The notes under the pieces are model-generated. The model was not told the DNA's origin, searched no databases, and saw nothing but the letters and a program-made list of their open reading frames with translations. A program made the position numbers and the translations under genes. From Fibrobacterales bacterium (GTDB lineage: Bacteria > Fibrobacterota > Fibrobacteria > Fibrobacterales > JAOPTW01), in the NCBI GenBank assembly GCA_051532035.1, contig JAOPTW010000008.1, positions 128,001 through 192,000 on the forward strand: DNA of 64,000 nt, read 5' to 3'. Shown piece after piece: positions 27,982 to 36,185 of this stretch. The stretch's first letter is position 1. Every line of letters begins with the position of its first letter.

Positions 27982-29507
27982 TGCGATCAATTCTCATAAC
28001 CATGGTACTCTTTTGTACGCTGACCTACTCAAAATCACTGCCACCCTCTCTGGCTATTTATACTCCTGTTGAGCACAATACCACTCTTCTTGAACTTGAT
28101 ATATTACATAAATCCCTTCACATGGCATTTGCACAATCAGGGTACTTCTCAGTCCTCTCAATAGACGAAACAGAAAACCGCCTTACAACTCTGGGCGAAG
28201 AGAGTTCAACAAAATGCCTATCAAACCTCTGTTTTTACCTCACCGGAAGAAAACTCTCAATTGATCTTGCGTTGGGGTCGTACTTTTCAAAAAAAGATGG
28301 GGTCTACTACCTAGAGGTGAGTCTCTATGATATTCATTCACTAGAAAACATTGCTACTGCGTCAAAGTCCATTAAGGCATATCACAAAGAAGACATCGTT
28401 ATCCTGAGTAAAGCTGTCGCAGAGGAACTTACAGGATTTCATACTCCACTAAAGGAGCAGAATAAACCAAAGAATTTTGATTCTAATCATAGCAGTTATG
28501 CTAGTTGGGGCGTTGCAGTTGCATCACTCACTGCTGTAGCCGGATACATCCTCTATGACAACCATCTATTTGACTCAAAGGATGATAACACCACCGTACT
28601 CAGCAGTCCATTAACTCCTAATACGGCAAGACTTTCGGGGCTCCGTGGCTTCTATGCATCGACTCCCTCGGGGGCGCGTTATAAAGCAATGGGCTCTATC
28701 GGTGTCTCTATGGTTAATGATGGATTTGCACCACTCATTAATCCGGCAGGGCTTGTACACCTTACTCATAAAAGCATTACAGTCTCTCACGCAACACTCC
28801 CTGGCGATGTGTCACAACTCTATATGAGTTACTCATCAATGCTCATTAGAAATCTATTTCATAGTCAAGCAGTTACGGTAGAAGGGGATGATCTGGTTAA
28901 AGAGTTTCAATTTCTCTCTTCCTATGCCACAGACCTCTCTCTCTATTCAAAATACCTAACTGCTGTACGTGCAGGTATCACGTTCAAAGGCTATGTTGTT
29001 ACAACGGGCACCGATGGGACAGGCATAGAGAAATCTACTGGCCGTGGGCTCGGCTACGGTGTGGACTTGGGTATTCAATGGAGCCTCCTTAATAACTTTC
29101 ATTTTGGGGCACAACTTAAAGATCTCTATAGTTCAATCCACTATAAGAATACCTTGACCGATTCAAAATACACAGAGGACCTCCCTCCTCTCTTTACCAT
29201 CGGCGGGCATTTTGAAAGTGACTTCGCCCTGAATCTAGGGCTCAGTATTCAAAAAGGCCTCTACGCCGACCAAAAAGATCACCTTTCTCTCGGGTTCGAA
29301 AAACAGATCCTCGGCATCTTGTGGCTTCGGTCAGGTATGACACAAATATTAAATCAAGAGGGGTTTAGAAAGTGGGGTATTGGCTTTGGCTTACAACATA
29401 AGCAAGGGCGCTTTACAGTAAAAATTGACTACAGCTATGATTACGGGTATGAGAACTCAGAAATTTTTAATAAAAAGCAGAACGTTACCATGGCTATTCT
29501 ATTTTAA
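27978..29507 (+). CDS. PorV/PorQ-like (FadL-superfamily) outer-membrane barrel with N-terminal TolB-N/CsgG-like domain
   Basis: GARYKAMG...INPAGL hatch motif, GYGVDLG, LRSG, IDYSY, terminal Phe; N-terminal CLSNLC...GRKL alpha/beta domain. Confidence 0.65.
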   Translation: MMRSILITMVLFCTLTYSKSLPPSLAIYTPVEHNTTLLELDILHKSLHMAFAQSGYFSVLSIDETENRLTTLGEESSTKCLSNLCFYLTGRKLSIDLALGSYFSKKDGVYYLEVSLYDIHSLENIATASKSIKAYHKEDIVILSKAVAEELTGFHTPLKEQNKPKNFDSNHSSYASWGVAVASLTAVAGYILYDNHLFDSKDDNTTVLSSPLTPNTARLSGLRGFYASTPSGARYKAMGSIGVSMVNDGFAPLINPAGLVHLTHKSITVSHATLPGDVSQLYMSYSSMLIRNLFHSQAVTVEGDDLVKEFQFLSSYATDLSLYSKYLTAVRAGITFKGYVVTTGTDGTGIEKSTGRGLGYGVDLGIQWSLLNNFHFGAQLKDLYSSIHYKNTLTDSKYTEDLPPLFTIGGHFESDFALNLGLSIQKGLYADQKDHLSLGFEKQILGILWLRSGMTQILNQEGFRKWGIGFGLQHKQGRFTVKIDYSYDYGYENSEIFNKKQNVTMAILF

Positions 29508-29522
29508 AAGCATCCTTAGGCC

Positions 29523-30161
29523 CTACTCTTCAATAAGAAAATGGTCGAGAATATCTTTTTCTTCTAAGAGTTCGATAATCGCCTTACTTGGGTTTTTAAT
29601 ATACACCTCATGCCCCTTTCGCATTGCTGAAATTACAATGAGTGATTCGGCATCTATAAAACCTACATGTTCAAAATCGAGAATAACCTTACCTGGTTTC
29701 AATTTTTTAAGGCAATGATTAAATTGTTCAGTTCGTGATACAAACCCTTCAAGTTTTATTATCTGTTCACCAGCATTATTTTCACTAATGCGGCAACTAA
29801 AGGAAATGCCACTTTGACTACGCGCATTCTGTTCGAGCCCTTCGTACTCCTCGCAACTCATGCAGAGTCGTAAATATCCATCAAGCTGTGTCATCTGAAG
29901 AACATTCAACACCGCAGGAGTCATGCCCACAAGTACAAACTGCAAATCAAAGCTATCGAGCAACTTAAATAGTTTTAGAAACATCGTGAGATGCTGACTA
30001 AAAATCGATTCTATATTTTGAAGGTCAAACACCACATCTTTTTGTTCTTGCATCATTTTTTTTTCTACAAACAAATAGATCTCATCAACTAACGATTCCC
30101 GTAACTCACCTGGAGTGAAGCAGTGATACGTCTCTCTGTTACTATAACCCAGTACATCCAT
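29523..30161 (-). CDS. Tandem STAS-domain protein (anti-sigma antagonist-like)
   Basis: VVFDLQNIESIFS...VLNVLQMTQLD and VILDFEHVGFIDAES are STAS-like. Start at ATG 30161, just after the fapA-like stop. Confidence 0.7.
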   Translation of the reverse strand: MDVLGYSNRETYHCFTPGELRESLVDEIYLFVEKKMMQEQKDVVFDLQNIESIFSQHLTMFLKLFKLLDSFDLQFVLVGMTPAVLNVLQMTQLDGYLRLCMSCEEYEGLEQNARSQSGISFSCRISENNAGEQIIKLEGFVSRTEQFNHCLKKLKPGKVILDFEHVGFIDAESLIVISAMRKGHEVYIKNPSKAIIELLEEKDILDHFLIEE

Positions 30162-30162
30162 A

Positions 30163-31794
30163 TTATTTCTTCTTTTCCACAAGAGGAACAGTCACGATTT
30201 TATCACCATCAATTTTAATTTCTACCTTCTTTAATGAATTATTGAATACGTTATACCGCCCACCCAATTCAACCTGAAGCTCAGGGTAGAGTACCTGAAA
30301 GGTTAAGAGTGCATTCACATTTTTGGCCGACATAAACTCTGAAGTTAGGCGACCACTCTCACGCATTAATAACTCTTTTTTTCTGAGTATAATTGTGTAC
30401 TCTTCAATTCCACTCTTAAGCAAGTCAACATCGTTCTCATCTTTCTCTGTTTTAATTTTTAGCCGTAACGATCGCAATCGCTTCTCTCTAACCTCAAGTA
30501 ATTCATCCATTTTTTGACTCAAGGTATCGCACTCTTCCATCTTCTTTTTAAGTGACTCAGAAGACTTGTCTTCAAATACTATTTTTGTAGTAGTTTCTTG
30601 TTTACTGCCACACTGATATATTTCACAAGTCTCTTCCAGTTTTAGAGTCGAAGCGTTTACTTGACAATTGTTTTCTGTTGCATCAAGCTGTCGAGCCGAT
30701 ACATTACAGTTTGTCATAGATTTTTTAACAGTGACCTTTCCTCCAGCCTTAACAGTCGTGTCTTGAATCAGGTAGAGATTCACATCTTTCTTTGCTTTTA
30801 TCTCCCCTTTCTCTTTACCAAAAACCCCTTGATTAATGGTAATGCTCCCCCCCGAGGATTCAATATATGCAGAGTCGACTTGCCCTTCAACTATGACCTC
30901 ACCAGTTGCAACAACTTTGAAATCTGGGAGCACACTCCCCAATATCTGTACATCACCTTCGTACTGAATATTTCCCGATTCAAAGTCAACATCACCTTGA
31001 ACGATATATAAGAGACCAACGCATATGGCACCTTTGTCACGATACAGGTATCCAGAATCTTTAGCCGTAAGCTCATTACCATCTTCAGAAAGAACCGTAT
31101 TCACCCCTGCAAGCATAACAGCTTCTTTACCAGGGGTTGGCTCTATTATTTCACCAAAAACATCTTTCCCCTCTTTACCGGGACTCGGCGGAATACGCAC
31201 CGCAATAAGCTCATTTTTTTTAACCTGCTTTATTTCACCGACATTCCGGAAATCCGCTTGGCCACCATCTATTATAAGGGGTTTTGCCTCTTTATCGACC
31301 TCTATCTCTTCTTTCACCTGCCCATGCTCACCATCTTCTGCAGGAAGCGCACAGGCGACAGTGACCCACGCATCTTTTTCACCTCGTTTAACAACCTTTG
31401 CAATAAGGTCCCAATCTAGGCCGAACCTAACATTCTTCTTAGTAAGGATATACTCGATATCTTGTGTAGTAATATCAAATGAGCGATGCTCTACATCAGA
31501 TGATAAATAGAGCTGTACTTCGGTCGGAGATACTTTAAGCTCTAATACCGAATGCTTCTCTTCATTAAAAAACCTAAATGGAGAGCCTACAAATTCACTT
31601 TTCCCACTCGATGGTGATTCAAGAACTGTTTTAATCCGTTTTAGATCAAAGTTCATTATGTTGGCATTTAATAACTCACGCCTAAAATCATCAATTTTTA
31701 TGAGACCTTGAGATCCACGTTCGAGAGTAAAATAGGTACCATCGTCCCTTATTTCAACCGACAAGTGTTCTTCAAACATGGGAAAGAGTTCCAT
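30163..31794 (-). CDS. FapA/DUF342 family protein (flagellar assembly protein A-like)
   Basis: ADFRN...VKKNELIA...PGKEGKDVFGE, GDVDFESGNI, beta-helix, coiled coil. Confidence 0.88.
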   Translation of the reverse strand: MELFPMFEEHLSVEIRDDGTYFTLERGSQGLIKIDDFRRELLNANIMNFDLKRIKTVLESPSSGKSEFVGSPFRFFNEEKHSVLELKVSPTEVQLYLSSDVEHRSFDITTQDIEYILTKKNVRFGLDWDLIAKVVKRGEKDAWVTVACALPAEDGEHGQVKEEIEVDKEAKPLIIDGGQADFRNVGEIKQVKKNELIAVRIPPSPGKEGKDVFGEIIEPTPGKEAVMLAGVNTVLSEDGNELTAKDSGYLYRDKGAICVGLLYIVQGDVDFESGNIQYEGDVQILGSVLPDFKVVATGEVIVEGQVDSAYIESSGGSITINQGVFGKEKGEIKAKKDVNLYLIQDTTVKAGGKVTVKKSMTNCNVSARQLDATENNCQVNASTLKLEETCEIYQCGSKQETTTKIVFEDKSSESLKKKMEECDTLSQKMDELLEVREKRLRSLRLKIKTEKDENDVDLLKSGIEEYTIILRKKELLMRESGRLTSEFMSAKNVNALLTFQVLYPELQVELGGRYNVFNNSLKKVEIKIDGDKIVTVPLVEKKK

Positions 31795-31826
31795 GTGACA
31801 TCCCGTTACTTTAGTTTTTTATAGTA

Positions 31827-32948
31827 TTATGATACGATTTTATAAACCAAAAATCCAGAACTGTGTGCTATCTTCTGAGCTTTTAGTCCCATTTCTCTGC
31901 AAAAATCACCATATTTGAGGAATTCATTGGCTACGAGATATATAACGCCATCTGGCCTAAGTTGTTTTGTACAGCTTTTGAGCCAGATCCGCCCCATATC
32001 TACCTCTGTAGATTTTCCAATATGGAACGGAGGATTTGTTATAATAACATCAAATGTTTGAGAAAGCCCATCAGTTATAAAAGTACAGTGGGCAACCGCA
32101 GGTGTTTTCCCTGCTCTAAAGTTTTTATTTGCACAAGAGACCGATAGTGCATGAGCATCCGTTGCAACAATCTCTTTTGCCCCCAGCTGATGTGCTGCCA
32201 GTGAAAGAACACCCGCTCCACACCCTACATCAAGTACTGATTTACCCTTAAGGTCAGGGAGAGCTTCTATAAGAATTTGAGATCCAGCATCAGGTTTCTT
32301 AAACGCAAACAGACCCGGGCTGTTTACATAACTAAAGGCCCCCTTTGATGTCGTAAGAGTAATAGTGGAATTAACGTCCTCTTTTTCACATTCTAAGGTT
32401 TGAGATAGGTCAATCTCAAATACCCTACTCGATGAGCCTATTTCAATACAGGCCCCTTTGATTCCTAGACGTTTGAGCTTGTTGAGAAAGCTCTTTGCTC
32501 CTTCATCATTAGTACCATACGTATACAGAGTACCCTTTTCTGAATTCCTGATCACAGATTTAATAATAGCAGTACTGTACTCCCATGACTTATGGAGCCT
32601 AAAGAGAGAGACCTCATACCCATTTATTTGGGTATCAATATCATCAAGAAGGCAGGACTCACCCGCCTCTTTTAATGCATCCATCTGTTCGTTTGTTGCA
32701 CAGAAATCTTGATACAAAACATTACAACAGACAATACGATCGAATAATTGAGAAAAATAAGCAACCAATGCACCTGAACCTGAATCAATACATTGAATGG
32801 CTGTACCGCTAATATTAAGCTTTTTTAAAACGAGTTTAACGGCGTTGTCAGTTCGAGGGTCACCGGTACAAAGATCACTTGTTACGTATGAAAGATCTTT
32901 ATACTCAGCTTGATATAATGAAAGATGATGAGACGATGATTGAGTCAC
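31827..32948 (-). CDS. Class I SAM methyltransferase, RsmC/RlmG-like
   Basis: PGLF...DAGS, VLDVGCGAG, TNPPFH, LVAN. Confidence 0.8.
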   Translation of the reverse strand: MTQSSSHHLSLYQAEYKDLSYVTSDLCTGDPRTDNAVKLVLKKLNISGTAIQCIDSGSGALVAYFSQLFDRIVCCNVLYQDFCATNEQMDALKEAGESCLLDDIDTQINGYEVSLFRLHKSWEYSTAIIKSVIRNSEKGTLYTYGTNDEGAKSFLNKLKRLGIKGACIEIGSSSRVFEIDLSQTLECEKEDVNSTITLTTSKGAFSYVNSPGLFAFKKPDAGSQILIEALPDLKGKSVLDVGCGAGVLSLAAHQLGAKEIVATDAHALSVSCANKNFRAGKTPAVAHCTFITDGLSQTFDVIITNPPFHIGKSTEVDMGRIWLKSCTKQLRPDGVIYLVANEFLKYGDFCREMGLKAQKIAHSSGFLVYKIVS

Positions 32949-32973
32949 TCTATATCCATAGGCCTCTGTGGCC

Positions 32974-33537
32974 TTATTTGTTCTCGAGAGCTTTATCTTT
33001 TAAAATTTTTAACAGTTCGTCAAAACCTTTATCTTTGATAATCTTTCTAAACTGTTCGCGATAATTTCTCACTGTTGAAAGATCATCAATTATGAGATCC
33101 CATGCCATCCAGACTCCATTAACCTCTTCAAGTTTATAGACCAACACTGATTCGGTCCCTTTGTTCCACATGTGGGCTGTAATTTTTGCCCTACCCTTCT
33201 TAATTTTGGGTTTCTCATAGACTGTCGAATCTGCTTCGTACACTTCAAGTTTCTTAATAGAGGCATTCTCTACCATCTCTTTAAAGTTCGCAACAAACTC
33301 TTTCTTCTTCGTTTCAGGCTGTTTTTTCCATGTAGTACTCGAAAGGGATTTTTGACCCATTTTTTGAAAATCAAAAATACTATTAATAAGTTGCTTGATA
33401 GTCTCCTTTGGGGCATCTTTCTTTTTAAGAAGTTTTTGAAGCTCAATATCTTTCTTTTTTATGAGAGTAAGAGGCGATTCAGCCGCCCATATAGATTGTA
33501 ACGATAAACATAATACTAATGTAATTAACCATTTCAT
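32974..33537 (-). CDS. MlaC/Ttg2D (HpnM-like) periplasmic lipid-binding protein
   Basis: Signal peptide; FDFQKMGQKSL..TW; YKL...WMAWDLIIDDLSTVRNYREQF. Confidence 0.85.
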   Translation of the reverse strand: MKWLITLVLCLSLQSIWAAESPLTLIKKKDIELQKLLKKKDAPKETIKQLINSIFDFQKMGQKSLSSTTWKKQPETKKKEFVANFKEMVENASIKKLEVYEADSTVYEKPKIKKGRAKITAHMWNKGTESVLVYKLEEVNGVWMAWDLIIDDLSTVRNYREQFRKIIKDKGFDELLKILKDKALENK

Positions 33538-34991
33538 AGTGGTCCTCCTGTTTTGGCCAATGTAGCATTATGTTTTGCTACTGACCAGCCTGACCGCTCA
33601 AAGAGTCGGCCTACTTCGATATTGTAGGTATATACAGATTTTAAGTAATTTCTTTTCGCACCGATTTTTGCTTTAAACGCCTTAATGAGTGCTCGTGCTT
33701 CTGAAGGATCAACATCATACTTCATTGCTGCCCCCTTAAACCACGCTTTTGCTGCACGAAGCGATGCACGTGCACTTGAAAGAAGTGTTTTAGATTTTTC
33801 ATATTTCCCATACTGTTCATCAAGAAGAAGAACCAAACCCCGTTCAGCATATGACTCTTTGCGCTGTAACTGGCTGAGCTCCAATTTTTTCTTTGAATAG
33901 TTCTGGTAACGCGACCAAATATTCAATCGGTATTTTAATCCAACTCCAATAGCTCCTGATATTTTATTCAAGGGGTCCTCAGAAAAAGCTTCGTCAGAAA
34001 GTGACCGTCTATCTCCTGCCCACGACTTAGCGTATTCGGCACTCGCAAAGAGAAATATTTCGGGCCCTAACTCACCTTTAGCCAAATCCTTAAGAGCATT
34101 CATTGCCTTTAAGCCATATTTGAGCATTTGCAAATCAGGGTGGGAACGTGTTAAGTAGCCTTTAAGTGAGTCGAGTGAGGGCACTGGTTCTTTTCTCACT
34201 ACTAACAGTGAATCAATAAAGGTGAAGGCTGTATCACTTGCATAGCCTAAACTAAATGCTGCAGCAAGCTTTGCCCGGCGAACCCCAAGACGACTCTCTT
34301 CCACGCCTTCTGCAATTGCATATTTATTACTTTTTAGTTCGAGAAGGTCGAATTGAGAAACTGATTCATCTTCGTCAAAAAGCATGTCATCAATTTTCTC
34401 TTCAATTTTTGTCATTTGAGACTCAACCTCTAGAGCAAGCTCATGAAGATCTTGTGCATACAGATAGCCATAATAGTACTCCTGTAATTCACGCTCTTTT
34501 TTTAATTCACTACTTGTAATATTCCAGCTAAAATAATCTCGATCAGCCTTCGCTGCCTTCATTCCCGAATTATAACGAAACAGGTTGAGGGGTTGAACCA
34601 TTTTAATCTCTGTTACAAATGCAGGACCCCACTTCTTAAAAGAGGAAAGATCATACTCTGTCTTTGACTCTAATATGGAGAGTGAATCATATTGAACCCC
34701 ACCAAGAGTTACATCAGAATATTTTGTGGTCTCATAAGTACTTTTCAGGCCTGGAGCAGGGCCCCAACCAGCAGTAAACTCAAATCGGGGCAGTATCGCT
34801 CCCATTCTAATTTCATCCACTTTATGTTCTTTGAGTTTTTTGCCAAATCGCTTTTCTTCAAGGCGGCCATCATTTGCAAGACCTTCTTTAAGAAATTCAG
34901 AAAGAGAGTAGGTAGGTTTAATCGCCGTAGTACCAATACTCAAAAGCGAAAGCGCCAAAAATATTATAAGTTTAAACCGTAGGTATATCAT
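33534..34991 (-). CDS. TolC family outer-membrane channel
   Basis: Signal peptide from ATG 34991; two helical-barrel repeats (LPRFEF, HPDL, GPEIF, YNIEVGRL). Confidence 0.8.
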   Translation of the reverse strand: MIYLRFKLIIFLALSLLSIGTTAIKPTYSLSEFLKEGLANDGRLEEKRFGKKLKEHKVDEIRMGAILPRFEFTAGWGPAPGLKSTYETTKYSDVTLGGVQYDSLSILESKTEYDLSSFKKWGPAFVTEIKMVQPLNLFRYNSGMKAAKADRDYFSWNITSSELKKERELQEYYYGYLYAQDLHELALEVESQMTKIEEKIDDMLFDEDESVSQFDLLELKSNKYAIAEGVEESRLGVRRAKLAAAFSLGYASDTAFTFIDSLLVVRKEPVPSLDSLKGYLTRSHPDLQMLKYGLKAMNALKDLAKGELGPEIFLFASAEYAKSWAGDRRSLSDEAFSEDPLNKISGAIGVGLKYRLNIWSRYQNYSKKKLELSQLQRKESYAERGLVLLLDEQYGKYEKSKTLLSSARASLRAAKAWFKGAAMKYDVDPSEARALIKAFKAKIGAKRNYLKSVYTYNIEVGRLFERSGWSVAKHNATLAKTGGPL

Positions 34992-35062
34992 GAGACAAAA
35001 AATACAAATTTTGCTATCAATTACCGCCACATTTGACCATTTAGAAACCAACTGACCTAAAA

Positions 35063-36181
35063 ATGATAAAAATTGCATATGATCAAAATATAGTTGAAGC
35101 AGAATCGCTCCTATCTGACCTCTTTGACCTCACCCCATTTGATGGAAGATCACTCACCGCAAATTTTTTAGCACCTTTTGAAGGGTTATTGGTTAGATCC
35201 GTCACAACCGTCGATCATCACTTGCTCTCTTCCAGTTCCCTCTCATTTGTGGGTACTGCAACAGCGGGAATCGACCATATTGACACAGACTACCTTACAG
35301 AGTCAAACATTGCCTTTTCCTCAGCAGCCGGGAGTAATGCCACTTCTGTAGCCGAATATGTACTCTCATCACTGAAGGAGTGCAATCTTCTCGATACATT
35401 AAACTTGAGCGTTGGAATTATAGGGTATGGTCATGTAGGAAAAGAAGTGGCCCGTATTTTAAAAGCTTTGGGCTTTATTGTACTCCCTTATGATCCTCCA
35501 CTTTTTGAATCGGGAAACACTGACGACCTTGTATCCCTTGATGAACTCTACGAAGCAGACATTCTCACGCTTCACACTCCCCTCACAACAGCTACCCAAT
35601 CTGAGCACCCTACCTCTGGTATGATAAGTCGTTCCTTTTTAAGTAAATTCAAAAAAGGTCTTACACTCATCAATAGTGCGCGAGGCGGAATTATTATTGA
35701 AGAAGATGTCATGACGCTCTCTCAAGAAGGCTTTTTTAAAGATATCATTCTCGATGTTTTTAACAATGAGCCGACTCCTTTTCCAGACTATCTTTCCTGT
35801 GCTCGATTTTACACCCCCCATATTGCAGGGTACTCGTATACAGGAAAGGTGAGAGGTACTCTCATGATGCGTGACGCCCTCATCCATCATTTCAATCTTA
35901 TTACACCTCCTGCGACAGCCCCTATTACCACACAAACACTCTCTTTGGAAGGGCTTACCGCTACAGATGCTCTTGAAAAAGTACTTTCGTCAGTCTACTC
36001 AATTCAAGGAGACTTTAATCGTTCTCAAGCCATTATGGAACAGAATGATGGAGTACTTTTTGACACACTGAGAAAAAAGTACCCTCATCGCCTCGAATAT
36101 TCAGATTATTCTATTAAAAATATCCCTTCAGCCAAGTTAAAAGAACAACTCAAAAAACTCGGCTTCACTATCCAAGACTAA
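35063..36181 (+). CDS. pdxB: 4-phosphoerythronate dehydrogenase
   Basis: LLVRSVT, GTATAGIDHID, GIIGYGHVG, LHTPLT, INSARG, TPHIAGYS..GK.RGT. Confidence 0.92.
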   Translation: MIKIAYDQNIVEAESLLSDLFDLTPFDGRSLTANFLAPFEGLLVRSVTTVDHHLLSSSSLSFVGTATAGIDHIDTDYLTESNIAFSSAAGSNATSVAEYVLSSLKECNLLDTLNLSVGIIGYGHVGKEVARILKALGFIVLPYDPPLFESGNTDDLVSLDELYEADILTLHTPLTTATQSEHPTSGMISRSFLSKFKKGLTLINSARGGIIIEEDVMTLSQEGFFKDIILDVFNNEPTPFPDYLSCARFYTPHIAGYSYTGKVRGTLMMRDALIHHFNLITPPATAPITTQTLSLEGLTATDALEKVLSSVYSIQGDFNRSQAIMEQNDGVLFDTLRKKYPHRLEYSDYSIKNIPSAKLKEQLKKLGFTIQD

Positions 36182-36185
36182 TACA

